In this document: piece after piece, positions 51,067 to 60,294 of the stretch
Numbering within the stretch: the stretch's first letter is position 1
How the letters are laid out: each line of letters begins with the position of its first letter
Assembly: GCA_039028615.1 (NCBI GenBank)
Contig: JBCCHT010000027.1
Span: 128,001 to 192,000, forward strand
Direction: 5' to 3'
Length of the DNA stretch: 64,000 bases
Source of the DNA: Myxococcota bacterium
GTDB taxonomy: Bacteria > Myxococcota_A > Polyangia > Nannocystales > Nannocystaceae
The notes under the pieces: model-generated
The model's database searches: none
Seen by the model: the letters and a program-made list of their open reading frames with translations, nothing else
Told to the model about the DNA's origin: nothing
Translations under genes and position numbers: made by a program

Positions 51067-51816
51067 GCCCGGGTCGCCCCCAAACTCGCGGCGGCCGACC
51101 ACAATTGGCACGCGGCGCCCCTCGACGTGCAGCAGCGGATGGTCGCTCTTCGGCGTCCGCAGCTGTAGCTCACCGTCGAGGACCTTCAGCGCACCCCGCT
51201 CCACGTACGCACGCAGCTCGAAGTCTCGATCTCCTTCAGCGGGACGCCAACCGCCGCCATCCAGGTCCTGGTACTCCAAGGCACCACGCGCCCAAGGAGC
51301 GAAGCGATCGCGGGGCGGGGGCCGACGAGGCGCAAAGTAACCGATGGGATACGCGGTACAGCCGTTGTCCATCCGTAGCTCGCGTACGACGGCGACGACC
51401 CCCGGCAGCGCCATCAGGCGTGGCACGACGAACGGGACCTCGGGGCCAGGATGCACGTCCAAGCGCCCGGCCCGATGGGCGTGGCCATGGTGATGCACCG
51501 CTCCCAGCACCCCCATGAAGTGCGGACAGCGACCGGGCTCCTTGGGTGCCACGAAATCGGGGTGCCACCACGGGCCGAAGAAGTCCGCGGCATCGAAGCG
51601 CTGTAGCGCAGGCTTGTCGCACAACGGGCAGCGGGACAGCGCGACGGTGGGTAGCGCTTCGGCGTAGCGCAGTTCGAGCGCGACCAGCTCGCGAAACGAC
51701 CGAACACAGTGATGCTCGAAGGAGCCGTCCGTGGGCGTGGCGGCATTCATCCACCGCGAGTACGCCTGCGCCGATGCGGTGTACTCCGCGACCCACTGCT
51801 CGCGGTCGAGCTTCAT
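51055..51816 (-). CDS. Hypothetical CxxC protein (possible immunity)
   Basis: MKLDREQW start overlaps the upstream stop (ATGA); RCPLC, PEVPFVVPRL. Confidence 0.6.
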   Translation of the reverse strand: MKLDREQWVAEYTASAQAYSRWMNAATPTDGSFEHHCVRSFRELVALELRYAEALPTVALSRCPLCDKPALQRFDAADFFGPWWHPDFVAPKEPGRCPHFMGVLGAVHHHGHAHRAGRLDVHPGPEVPFVVPRLMALPGVVAVVRELRMDNGCTAYPIGYFAPRRPPPRDRFAPWARGALEYQDLDGGGWRPAEGDRDFELRAYVERGALKVLDGELQLRTPKSDHPLLHVEGRRVPIVVGRREFGGDPGSGL

Positions 51817-53033
51817 CGTCGTGCCCCCAAGCCAGGATACAGCGCGTCCCAGTCGATGCCGCGCGCGAGGTAGAGCTCGCGCCACTCGTTCACCGTGTCG
51901 ACGATCGTCCACTGCCCGGCCTGCCATACGCAGATCGGCAGCAGCACGTCGGGAACGATGGCCTCGCGCACCTCGGCCAGCCCCGCATCCAAGGCAGGAT
52001 GCGTGAAGACGTTCGCCCCCAGCCGAGCGTTGAGCGAACCCGTGAGGCCACCGTGCCGGAGCGGCTTCCAACGTTCGGCTTCGCCACGCCCCTTCGCTAT
52101 GTAGTGACCGAGCAGCGTGTAGCTGTCGTGGATGTACTCGTCCGCCAGACCGCGCAGCATGAACCCCGAGGACTCCGGCTCCACTCGGATTCCGTCGCGC
52201 AGCAGAGCTTGCACATAGCGCTGGTAGGTCCACCCGCGACCGCCCAGCCACGAGTTCAAGCGCGGGTCGTCTGGCGGAGCGCACAAGAAGCCCTCGCTCG
52301 GTCCCGCGGGAGCTCTGGGCGCGAACAGGAAGGGTGGCAAGGCATGGGCGCCGCGGGTCGGGAAGGCCTGGCAAGCGCCGAGCACCAGCGTCGGCAATCC
52401 GTCGGTGCGACCGAGCGCTTGCAGGAACGCGTACCCATCACGCAGCGTTCGCGGAGCCCAAGGGGCCACGAAGCCGCCGGGCGAATCGAAGGTCACGCGG
52501 CGGATCGTGGACCCGAGAAAATTGGCCCCGCGAAGATCGGCCTGCGTGAAGCCGACGCTATCCAGCTGCGACTCGCGGAAGTCGGCGTCGACCACCGAGC
52601 TGTCGTGGAACGATGCGTTGCTCAGCCGAGCCCCTCGAAAATCGGCACCGTGGGCTCGGAGCGACATGAAGTCGCTTCGGGTGCCGAACTCGACGCCGCG
52701 AAACGATGTCTGGGCGGCGACGGCTTCCTGCCACGAGGTCTCGCTGAGGTCGGCGCGGTCGAACGACGCGAACGATACGTCGCAGCGAAAGAAACTCGTT
52801 CCAGCGAGCCGCGCATCGGTGCCGTCGACGCCTCGAAGGTCGACCAGCGGCCCGCCTTCCTCGCCGGAGACCAGGCCGGCAGCGAACGGAAAGTCCCGCT
52901 GGAGCGCGACCAGCTCGTGGACCTCGGCATCCGCCCGGCTGACGCCGAGGTCTCGCAGGCGCTCCCAATGTCGCGTCCCGGCCTCGGTGCGCCACCGCTC
53001 GCGGAGCTGCTCGACTGTAGGTTCAGTGGTCAT
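51813..53033 (-). CDS. Pentapeptide-repeat protein with C-terminal domain (possible immunity)
   Basis: ADLSE/ADFRG/ADLRG repeats; overlaps the toxin stop. Confidence 0.75.
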   Translation of the reverse strand: MTTEPTVEQLRERWRTEAGTRHWERLRDLGVSRADAEVHELVALQRDFPFAAGLVSGEEGGPLVDLRGVDGTDARLAGTSFFRCDVSFASFDRADLSETSWQEAVAAQTSFRGVEFGTRSDFMSLRAHGADFRGARLSNASFHDSSVVDADFRESQLDSVGFTQADLRGANFLGSTIRRVTFDSPGGFVAPWAPRTLRDGYAFLQALGRTDGLPTLVLGACQAFPTRGAHALPPFLFAPRAPAGPSEGFLCAPPDDPRLNSWLGGRGWTYQRYVQALLRDGIRVEPESSGFMLRGLADEYIHDSYTLLGHYIAKGRGEAERWKPLRHGGLTGSLNARLGANVFTHPALDAGLAEVREAIVPDVLLPICVWQAGQWTIVDTVNEWRELYLARGIDWDALYPGLGARR

Positions 53034-55092
53034 ACGGATAGATCTGGATCCGTCGTCCACGACGACCGATGCGGAACACGGCCACGATCTGCTCGGGAAA
53101 CACCCGAGCCAGGATCGCGAACTCCGTCTCCCCGGTGGTGTCGATCCCAGCGAAGGGCCGCGAGGGGTCGGCCGAGGGCACGCGCCCTTCGAGCTCGCGG
53201 GCGACATCCCAGCCGTCGACGTTTCGGAGTTCGAAGACGAAGCCGCCCTCGTCGGCCAACCCTGCGGCCAGTCGGAAATCGCGGGTGGTCCCGCGAAACG
53301 CCGAGTCCGTGGCGCCACCCACCCGACCAGCGCCGAGCTGGTGCGCGAGCAGATCCATGTTGGACCCCCGCTCGGGCAAGCCGTTTTCGATCCAAGCTCG
53401 TATGGTCGCCTCGTCGACATCGGTCCCGTGAAAGACGTTGGAGCCGAGACGCGTGGGTGCGATCTCGGTCCCGTCGGGCAGCGTGGCCATGCGAACTTCG
53501 GGCGCGGCTCCGGCGGGCGGGCGGGTATGCACGGTGGTCCTGCGGCCTCCGTCGTCGGTGTGGCCCTCGCTGCCCGGCACTCGGTCGAGCTCGACCTCGG
53601 CGTCCTCGTCCGCGAGCTCCGAGCGACGTGTCTCGATGTCGCGCGCATCACCTTCGTTCGGCACATGGTTGGGCGGTCCGTCCAAGTCCCTCAGGTCTCG
53701 CCGAGAGCCCCGAAAGCTGAAGATCGCGAGCCCCCCGGCGGCCGCCTGATTCGCGAAGAGGCGAATCATCCGAAGCATACGGTCCTGGGGCGTGGCTCGA
53801 GGGTCTTCGAGAATCCGCTGATACTCCTCGTAGGTCTCGTACGCCAGCAGCAGGCCCTCGGAGACCGAGGTCGCACTCTCGGCCATCACCACGTACCGCA
53901 AGCGCGCGACGTCGGGCGTCCGCCCCGGAGCACTCACCATGGCGCGTCGCATCCATCGCGCTCCCGCCAGACCGAGTAGGTTGCCCAACACGCCCACGAG
54001 ATCGATCGAGTCGGTGGTGCTCCAGTTCCGCCCCTCCGTGACCCACCGCTGGTCGATGCTGATCACGCCCGCAAGCGAGCTGCTGCTCGTGGACACTACG
54101 AGCGCGCGTGCTGCCCACACCGCACGCCCGGCCAGGCCGAGCCCGAGCGAGACGGGCAAGAGCACCAGGCTCGCCCACGACAACCACCGGATCAGCGTGT
54201 CGGCATCGGTCTCGCCGTCGGTTCGGAAGCGGGTCTGGATCAACGGGGTCAGCTCCGTATCCGGGACTTCGACCGAGATGAAGCCTTCGGCGTAGCGATT
54301 CCCCCGGTTCCAGCTCTGGATCGCTTCTCGAATGGCCGTGTGGTCGTCGTTGGCCTCCCCGTCGTGGAAGGAGTTGCCGACATTGCCGTCCCGCGACGAG
54401 TAGTCCACGAGGCGCCAGCGACGTCGATTCCCCCGCCTCCCCATCGGCGAAAGAAACACGTGGAGGGCCTTTTCCTGCTGGGTCTCGGTGTTGAGATACC
54501 GCGCCTGGATCGGGATCCGTTCGAAATCATCCGTCGGCTCGAACAGCTCCTCCATCCGCTCTTCCTGGCGCCGGAGCCAACGCATCGTCCGCTCGTGTGC
54601 TTCTCTAACGGTGCGGCCTACCCCTCCCTCTTCAGCGATCTTCTCGAGCAGACCGATGTGGTTCCTGAGAGATTGCAGCTCGTCGGCGGGCTCCACCAAC
54701 CCCTGCTCACGCATACGCCGGCCCATGGCATGCAGCGCGGGAACCAGCCCTACGGTCTGGAACGTGGTCGCCCAGTGGGCGCCGGGAGGCTCATTGTCCG
54801 TACGAGTGATCTTGCATGTGATCCGATGCCGGATGCTCGGCGGCGTCTCATCGGAGTCGGGGTCCTCGGCGTCCTCCCACGTGATCTCGAGACGGTTCCC
54901 CGCATACTCTCGCCGCCGCAGCGTGCTTTCCGAGAACGGAGTGATGATGAACCACTCGCGTCGGTATCCATCGGGCGAGTTCCGCGGAATCACCTGGGGC
55001 GGGTTCGTCAACGAATAGACGACCTTGGCCCCCGGGGTGACGAGCTCCTGGTTCGGCCGACGCAATAGCCGGGGTTCCCACGGAAAGGTCAT
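53023..55092 (-). CDS. Polymorphic toxin-like protein with TM hairpin and C-terminal ADP-ribosyltransferase-like domain
   Basis: Hydrophobic middle; tip VFHGTD...SAFRGTT...GGFVFEL...GETEFAI. Confidence 0.55.
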   Translation of the reverse strand: MTFPWEPRLLRRPNQELVTPGAKVVYSLTNPPQVIPRNSPDGYRREWFIITPFSESTLRRREYAGNRLEITWEDAEDPDSDETPPSIRHRITCKITRTDNEPPGAHWATTFQTVGLVPALHAMGRRMREQGLVEPADELQSLRNHIGLLEKIAEEGGVGRTVREAHERTMRWLRRQEERMEELFEPTDDFERIPIQARYLNTETQQEKALHVFLSPMGRRGNRRRWRLVDYSSRDGNVGNSFHDGEANDDHTAIREAIQSWNRGNRYAEGFISVEVPDTELTPLIQTRFRTDGETDADTLIRWLSWASLVLLPVSLGLGLAGRAVWAARALVVSTSSSSLAGVISIDQRWVTEGRNWSTTDSIDLVGVLGNLLGLAGARWMRRAMVSAPGRTPDVARLRYVVMAESATSVSEGLLLAYETYEEYQRILEDPRATPQDRMLRMIRLFANQAAAGGLAIFSFRGSRRDLRDLDGPPNHVPNEGDARDIETRRSELADEDAEVELDRVPGSEGHTDDGGRRTTVHTRPPAGAAPEVRMATLPDGTEIAPTRLGSNVFHGTDVDEATIRAWIENGLPERGSNMDLLAHQLGAGRVGGATDSAFRGTTRDFRLAAGLADEGGFVFELRNVDGWDVARELEGRVPSADPSRPFAGIDTTGETEFAILARVFPEQIVAVFRIGRRGRRIQIYPYDH

Positions 55093-56483
55093 GCCGCCCC
55101 TCCGCCCCGCTCGAGCCCCGCCTCGGCCAGCAGATGGCGAACGAGCCCGAGTTCTTCATCGTCGGCCACGGTGAGCCGAATGTCCTCCACCAGCCCCTCC
55201 CCGGAAAAGTCGTTGTAGTCGCGATCGTACGCTCCCTGCACCGCCTGCACGAGCTCGGGGCGCATGGAGAGCAGGTCGATGATGCTGCCCCGCTGCTCCT
55301 GCCCGAAGTCGTAGCGCAGCTGAGCCGCGACCCCTTTGATGAAGATGTCGTCGCGATCGGGGTAGCGCACCAAGTACCAGCCGGGTGGAGGGTCCATCAC
55401 GTAGCCGACCCCGCGGGGCCCCAGCATGCCGCGCTGGGTGGACCCGTTCTCGAAATCGATCTCGAAGGCGGTGCCCCCGATGGGCAGCCCATCTTCCGTG
55501 ATGAGCGAGACGTACAGCGGCTTCGCTGGTTGTACGGGCCACACATGCTCACGACCGGTAGACAGCCCGTGGAGCGCGAGGTCCCGCGGGATCCACAACA
55601 CGCCCGGATCGGCGCGGTCGGTCAGGGCCGGCGCCCCATCGTCATCGAGGTCGACGCATCCGACCTCTTCCCGTAGCCGCTCCTGCACGATGTCCTCGTC
55701 GGTCGTCCCCCAGTTGAACTCCGCCAGGCGCTCCGCGGTGAGCCCGTGGGACTCCGCGATACCGTCGAGCGTCTCCCCCGTGCGGACGCGATGCGGAACG
55801 ACCGAGATCAATGCCGGAGCGTCGCCGCCGGGCTTCTCGTCGTCGAGTGCTTCGTCGGGCGGCGGCCCGGAGGTCCGAACCAGCGCCGACGCCATGGTCA
55901 CGCCCTCGTGTGCGCCCCTGACCGCACACGAGCCGCCCCGGATGCCATCGATGCGCACCTTGCCGTCCGCATCCGTCTGTACGCTCTGCACCCGTCCGTC
56001 CGAGAGCGTCAGCTCGAGGGAGACTCCGGCCACGCCCACGCCCGTTCGTCGGTGCACCACCTGCAACGCAAAGAATGTGGTCTGCTGCTCCGCGGGCTCC
56101 TCCACGGGCTCGGTCTGCGCGACCTTCAGCGTGGGCGGCCTCGACTGGTCCTCGAAGACGAGGAAGGGCGGCATGTGGTCGGAAAACGCATCCTGCCCGA
56201 GATAGCGACGCCACTGCCCTGGGGTCGCCCATGGCGATCGAAGGTGGCATGCGCTGGTCGGCGGGTGGCCGTCGTTGAGCACGAACTGCTCGAGCCGCTC
56301 GCGGAACCGCCAATCTCGCTGGTAGGCGAGTTCGACCTGCCACGCCGCTTGCAGCCCCGAAAGCCGCTTCCATGCCTCGGGAAGGGCCTGTCCCGACGAG
56401 CGCCCCTGGAGGTCGGCGTTCCTGACGATGACGAAATCGGAAGGGCTGGAGCGGAAGCGCAGAGTCTCCAGGCGAAGCGACAT
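55089..56483 (-). CDS. LysM-domain protein with carboxypeptidase-regulatory-like domains
   Basis: HRVRTGETLDGIAESHGL..LAEFNW; QTDADGKVRIDGI; ATGA overlap with the toxin gene. Confidence 0.75.
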   Translation of the reverse strand: MSLRLETLRFRSSPSDFVIVRNADLQGRSSGQALPEAWKRLSGLQAAWQVELAYQRDWRFRERLEQFVLNDGHPPTSACHLRSPWATPGQWRRYLGQDAFSDHMPPFLVFEDQSRPPTLKVAQTEPVEEPAEQQTTFFALQVVHRRTGVGVAGVSLELTLSDGRVQSVQTDADGKVRIDGIRGGSCAVRGAHEGVTMASALVRTSGPPPDEALDDEKPGGDAPALISVVPHRVRTGETLDGIAESHGLTAERLAEFNWGTTDEDIVQERLREEVGCVDLDDDGAPALTDRADPGVLWIPRDLALHGLSTGREHVWPVQPAKPLYVSLITEDGLPIGGTAFEIDFENGSTQRGMLGPRGVGYVMDPPPGWYLVRYPDRDDIFIKGVAAQLRYDFGQEQRGSIIDLLSMRPELVQAVQGAYDRDYNDFSGEGLVEDIRLTVADDEELGLVRHLLAEAGLERGGGAA

Positions 56484-56591
56484 CGGCGTTGATCCAATAC
56501 CATACCGATCGATGCAAAGCCGTCGAGGCGAACCGGACCCCCCCACGACGCTCGTTTGACATCCGGCCTCCCGCCGGTCAGGTTTTCGGCC

Positions 56592-57002
56592 GTGTCCGAG
56601 AAATCCATCCTGGCCGAGCTGGAGGCCCGCGCACAGACAGACCCGCACGCGTGCTACCAGCTGGCAGAGGCCCTGCTCACCGGTGACCACTGGGGCGTGA
56701 CGATCACCAAAGACGAGCCGCGCGCAGCCCACTGGTACGGCAAAGCAGCTGAAGCGGGGCACCGAGACGCCCTGTACGAGCTCGGCTTCATGCACCTGCT
56801 GGGCGAGGGCATTCCCCACAACCCGGCCCGTGGCGTCGAGCTGATGATCGCCGCCGCCGAGCACGACTACGATGTACCCATGCGTGTGCTGGCCGACAGC
56901 TTCCGCACGGGCCAGTTCGGGGTGACCCCCGACGAAGCGCTGGCCAAGAAGTGGGCGGACCGGCTGGAGGCCCACCGCCGCGCGAACCCATCCGGCGACT
57001 GA
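56592..57002 (+). CDS. Sel1-repeat protein
   Basis: AAHWYGKAAEAGHRDALYELG..GEG. Confidence 0.85.
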   Translation: MSEKSILAELEARAQTDPHACYQLAEALLTGDHWGVTITKDEPRAAHWYGKAAEAGHRDALYELGFMHLLGEGIPHNPARGVELMIAAAEHDYDVPMRVLADSFRTGQFGVTPDEALAKKWADRLEAHRRANPSGD

Positions 57003-57105
57003 CGGTACGAGCGCGGCCGAGCCGTTGCGGCCTCGTCCGGGACTCCAAATGCTCTATGGGGTGACGAGGCCAGAAGGGGTTGCGGGCCCAAGCGACGCGA
57101 TGGCG

Positions 57106-57744
57106 CTACGCCTCTTCGTCGACCTCTTCGATGGTCATCCGATATTCGATCATCATTTGCCCCCCGTCGTAGCTGGGGAACCGGTAGTCGTACATGGCCT
57201 GACGAGCGCAGGCGACCACGCTCGGATGATCGAGCCCGGGCGAGGGCTGCACCGAGACGGCCGCGACCCGCCCGTTGGGGCTGAGCTCGAAGTCGAAGTC
57301 GAGATCGCCACCACCGCTGAGTCGAGACCCGTCTTCGTAGCAGGCGGCCAGATCGACACATGCGAAGATCTGCCCCTGCACTCCCATGAGGTGTTGGTGC
57401 AGGTCGACGTCTTGGAGGCGCTGGTTGCCCCGGTTCATGTTGGAGGCTCGGTTGCGGCCGGCGTTGAACTCGGGGATGGTGCTGTCGACCAGGGTCTCGA
57501 CGGCGGGGACCTCGTGCGGGAGATAGGGACAGCCCTCGGGCAGCTCGGTGTAGCTCGCGGCCGCCTCGCTGTGCTGGCGAATGGTGGAGGACTCGAACAG
57601 CTCGTTACAGTCCTCGGCCGGATTGCAGCCGGGATCGACCCAGGCGGACGACGGCTCTACCGTCGCCTCTTGCTGCCGATTGCAGCCGATCAGCGTACCG
57701 CCCACGGTCGCGACGACCATCAACATCGTTGTCACGCGCGTCAT
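57106..57744 (-). CDS. Lipoprotein with AgmX/PglI/TonB-C-like domain
   Basis: LIGC lipobox; FELSPNGRV...VVAC...RFP. Confidence 0.6.
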   Translation of the reverse strand: MTRVTTMLMVVATVGGTLIGCNRQQEATVEPSSAWVDPGCNPAEDCNELFESSTIRQHSEAAASYTELPEGCPYLPHEVPAVETLVDSTIPEFNAGRNRASNMNRGNQRLQDVDLHQHLMGVQGQIFACVDLAACYEDGSRLSGGGDLDFDFELSPNGRVAAVSVQPSPGLDHPSVVACARQAMYDYRFPSYDGGQMMIEYRMTIEEVDEEA

Positions 57745-57893
57745 CGAAGCCAAAACCACCACAACCATGGCGCGAGTCGAGGGCCCGGTCGAGCTTTTGA
57801 CACAGCAAGCGATCATTCTCGTAGGAGGCTGTGGGATGCCTCCTCCTCACGATCTGAACTCTTCGTAGGAACGCTGACGACCTCGGCGCGGCC

Positions 57894-58271
57894 TCAGCGG
57901 AACAACCATTCCCGGGCCGCGTCTTCGCTCGTGAAGATCTTGGTCTCCACGGGCGGGCGGTTGAGCTTGACGAAGAGATTGCCCGCGATCGCCGTCACCG
58001 TGCTGCCCTGCAGGAGCGCCACTCGGGTGGACAGATGCGCCGCGTCTTCTCCAGCGTACAGCGCCCTCGCCTCCGCGCTGATCGACGCGGGCTCGCGAAT
58101 GTCGACCATGAGCGGATAGCGTCCGCCCTGATTGACGGTGGCAATATTCTCCAGGCTCACGCGTGCCGCGGCGGCATCGACGGTCGCGTAGCGCTTGATC
58201 TTCTGGACGGTCAGTCCGCCTTCTCGCCACGTCTCGAAGCACTCGGATTCCACCCGCTCCCCCGAACTCAT
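57894..58271 (-). CDS. STAS/SpoIIAA-like small protein
   Basis: PLMVDIR...EAR...KIFTSEDAAREWL. Confidence 0.7.
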   Translation of the reverse strand: MSSGERVESECFETWREGGLTVQKIKRYATVDAAAARVSLENIATVNQGGRYPLMVDIREPASISAEARALYAGEDAAHLSTRVALLQGSTVTAIAGNLFVKLNRPPVETKIFTSEDAAREWLFR

Positions 58272-58385
58272 GGCCCATAGGATACCAATCACGATGGTGT
58301 TGGGATCATCGGGTGCCGCTCGTCGCGAAGGAGGCCCAGTGCGATATCGACCCCAAAGCTCTACTTGTCGGAGTCGATGCCACAC

Positions 58386-59117
58386 TCATCGAACGAGTGT
58401 ATCGATCTGCGTTTGACTCAACACCGTCGGCAATTGGGGCGGGCTCGGCACTTCGCCGTGTTCGTGCTCGACGACGATCGACGCGAGCCATCCCGTCGGC
58501 GCGGGCAGGTCCCACAAACAAAGCCTGCGCCTTTCGGGCAACCCGGGTCGCAATACGATCCCATCGAGTGGGGCTTCGACCCCAATCGGGACGTCAATCG
58601 TCGCCAGACTTCGAGACAGCCCCGTGCCCAACGCTTTGATGACCGCTTCCTTGCGCACCCACAATCGATAGAAGGCATACGCCTGCTCAGCGGCCGAAAG
58701 TCGAGAGAACTCGATTTGTTCCGCACTCGAGGTCACGGTGCGGATCAACCCGGGAGTGACTCGAGCCGGACGTACGACGTCGATATCGACGCCCAAGCGA
58801 CGCCGAGCACCGATCGCGAGCAGTCCCCACCCGCCCGCGTGACTGAGGTTGAACTCCACGGGATCGTCGCTCAGCCGAGGCTTGCCCTGAGGTCCCGTGT
58901 GCCATTGCAGCGAAGCGGGAGGTCGTCCGAGGTGCTGCCCCAACACACACCGTAAGACCGCGTGCGCGACGATGTATTGGACTCGCAGGTACGGGAACAC
59001 GAAGCGATCCGCCCGCGCCCGCTCTTCGGGGTCGAGGCATCGCGAGAGCCGAGCGATCACCTCCGGGCTCGCCCACTGCCGGAACAGCCACAGCTGCGGA
59101 CCCGTCATGACCCCCAT
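58386..59117 (-). CDS. Sfp-type 4'-phosphopantetheinyl transferase
   Basis: GKP, FNLSHAG, GVDID, WVRKEAVIKALGTGL. Confidence 0.93.
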   Translation of the reverse strand: MGVMTGPQLWLFRQWASPEVIARLSRCLDPEERARADRFVFPYLRVQYIVAHAVLRCVLGQHLGRPPASLQWHTGPQGKPRLSDDPVEFNLSHAGGWGLLAIGARRRLGVDIDVVRPARVTPGLIRTVTSSAEQIEFSRLSAAEQAYAFYRLWVRKEAVIKALGTGLSRSLATIDVPIGVEAPLDGIVLRPGLPERRRLCLWDLPAPTGWLASIVVEHEHGEVPSPPQLPTVLSQTQIDTLVR

Positions 59118-59123
59118 GGGGTA

Positions 59124-60284
59124 TCACGAGGTCCGGCGAAACCCCATCAGCAGCAGCGTCAGGGCCATCCAGGCGAGAGGCCGAGGCGCGCCGTCGATCT
59201 GGCAGCCGACGGCCGCGGCCGGCTCCGACGGCGAACCGGTCGGCACGGTGCTCGGTTCGTCTTCGTCGTCATCTTCCCGGGACTCGGTGCACCCACGGCC
59301 GCCTCGCTCCACCGTCACGTCGGGCGCAGGGTTCGACCCGACGCCACACAGATCCGACGAGACCCGGTGCCCTCCCTCGGGCGACGCACAGCCGGCCAGG
59401 AACACGACCGGCTCCGGCGAGTAGGCGACGAAGCTACGGCCCTGGGGATCTCGCGCCTCCGCCCGCAAGAACACCGCCTGGTATTCCAGCGACGACGGGG
59501 GCACGAACACCACCTCGAACTCGGATTGGTCGACCCCCTCGGCGAAGACCTCCCACGCGTCGTCTCCCCTCGCGTCGAGCTCGGCCGCCGTCACCCACGA
59601 CAGCGACCACGCGGTACCGGCCATGCCCGCCATACACCCGCTGACCGTGATGCCTTCGTCGAGCCCCGCCACCACCTCCGTCAGCGGCCAGGAGATGGAC
59701 ACCGCCGGGCCGGCCGAGGCGTCGTCGCCATCGATGACACGGACGACACCATCCCGCGAAGTCCACGAGTTCTCGGCGGGCTCGTAGGTATGGCCCCAGA
59801 CGACATAGCTTCCCGCCGAGACCTCCCGCGTGTCCCAGACCTCTCCCGCTGCGGTGGCTTCACACGAGATCGGCATGCGAGCGTCGACGGGCGTGATGGC
59901 GTGCGCACAGCCGGCCCACGCCTCGCTGTGCTCGAGGATCTCGGACGACGGCGGGCGCTCCAGCGTGGGGTCGGCCTCGGTCGCCGCCTCGACATCGGCG
60001 GCTGCGACCCACGACGGCAGCTCCTCCAGGGGCCCCGGCGATCGGCACAAGGCAAAGAACTGAAACGTCCGGCTGTCGGCGGGCTCGTCGGGGCCGGGGG
60101 CTCCGCTCTCGAAGGGAATGCCGACGTCGAAGCTCCATTCGGGGTCGCGCGACCGGTCGATCGTCTCGATGCAGCTCGCCCCGAGAAACGACGGAGGGAC
60201 CCTCGCTCGCCCCGTATTGGCGGCGAGGGCCGGCCGCGGCGCCAGGACCACAGACGCCGCGACCAGGCCCCACCACGGGGACAT
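59124..60284 (-). CDS. Exported protein with MYXO-CTERM-like sorting signal
   Basis: Signal peptide ALA; C-terminal GCQI-TM-RR. Confidence 0.65.
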   Translation of the reverse strand: MSPWWGLVAASVVLAPRPALAANTGRARVPPSFLGASCIETIDRSRDPEWSFDVGIPFESGAPGPDEPADSRTFQFFALCRSPGPLEELPSWVAAADVEAATEADPTLERPPSSEILEHSEAWAGCAHAITPVDARMPISCEATAAGEVWDTREVSAGSYVVWGHTYEPAENSWTSRDGVVRVIDGDDASAGPAVSISWPLTEVVAGLDEGITVSGCMAGMAGTAWSLSWVTAAELDARGDDAWEVFAEGVDQSEFEVVFVPPSSLEYQAVFLRAEARDPQGRSFVAYSPEPVVFLAGCASPEGGHRVSSDLCGVGSNPAPDVTVERGGRGCTESREDDDEDEPSTVPTGSPSEPAAAVGCQIDGAPRPLAWMALTLLLMGFRRTS

Positions 60285-60294
60285 CGAGCCCGCA

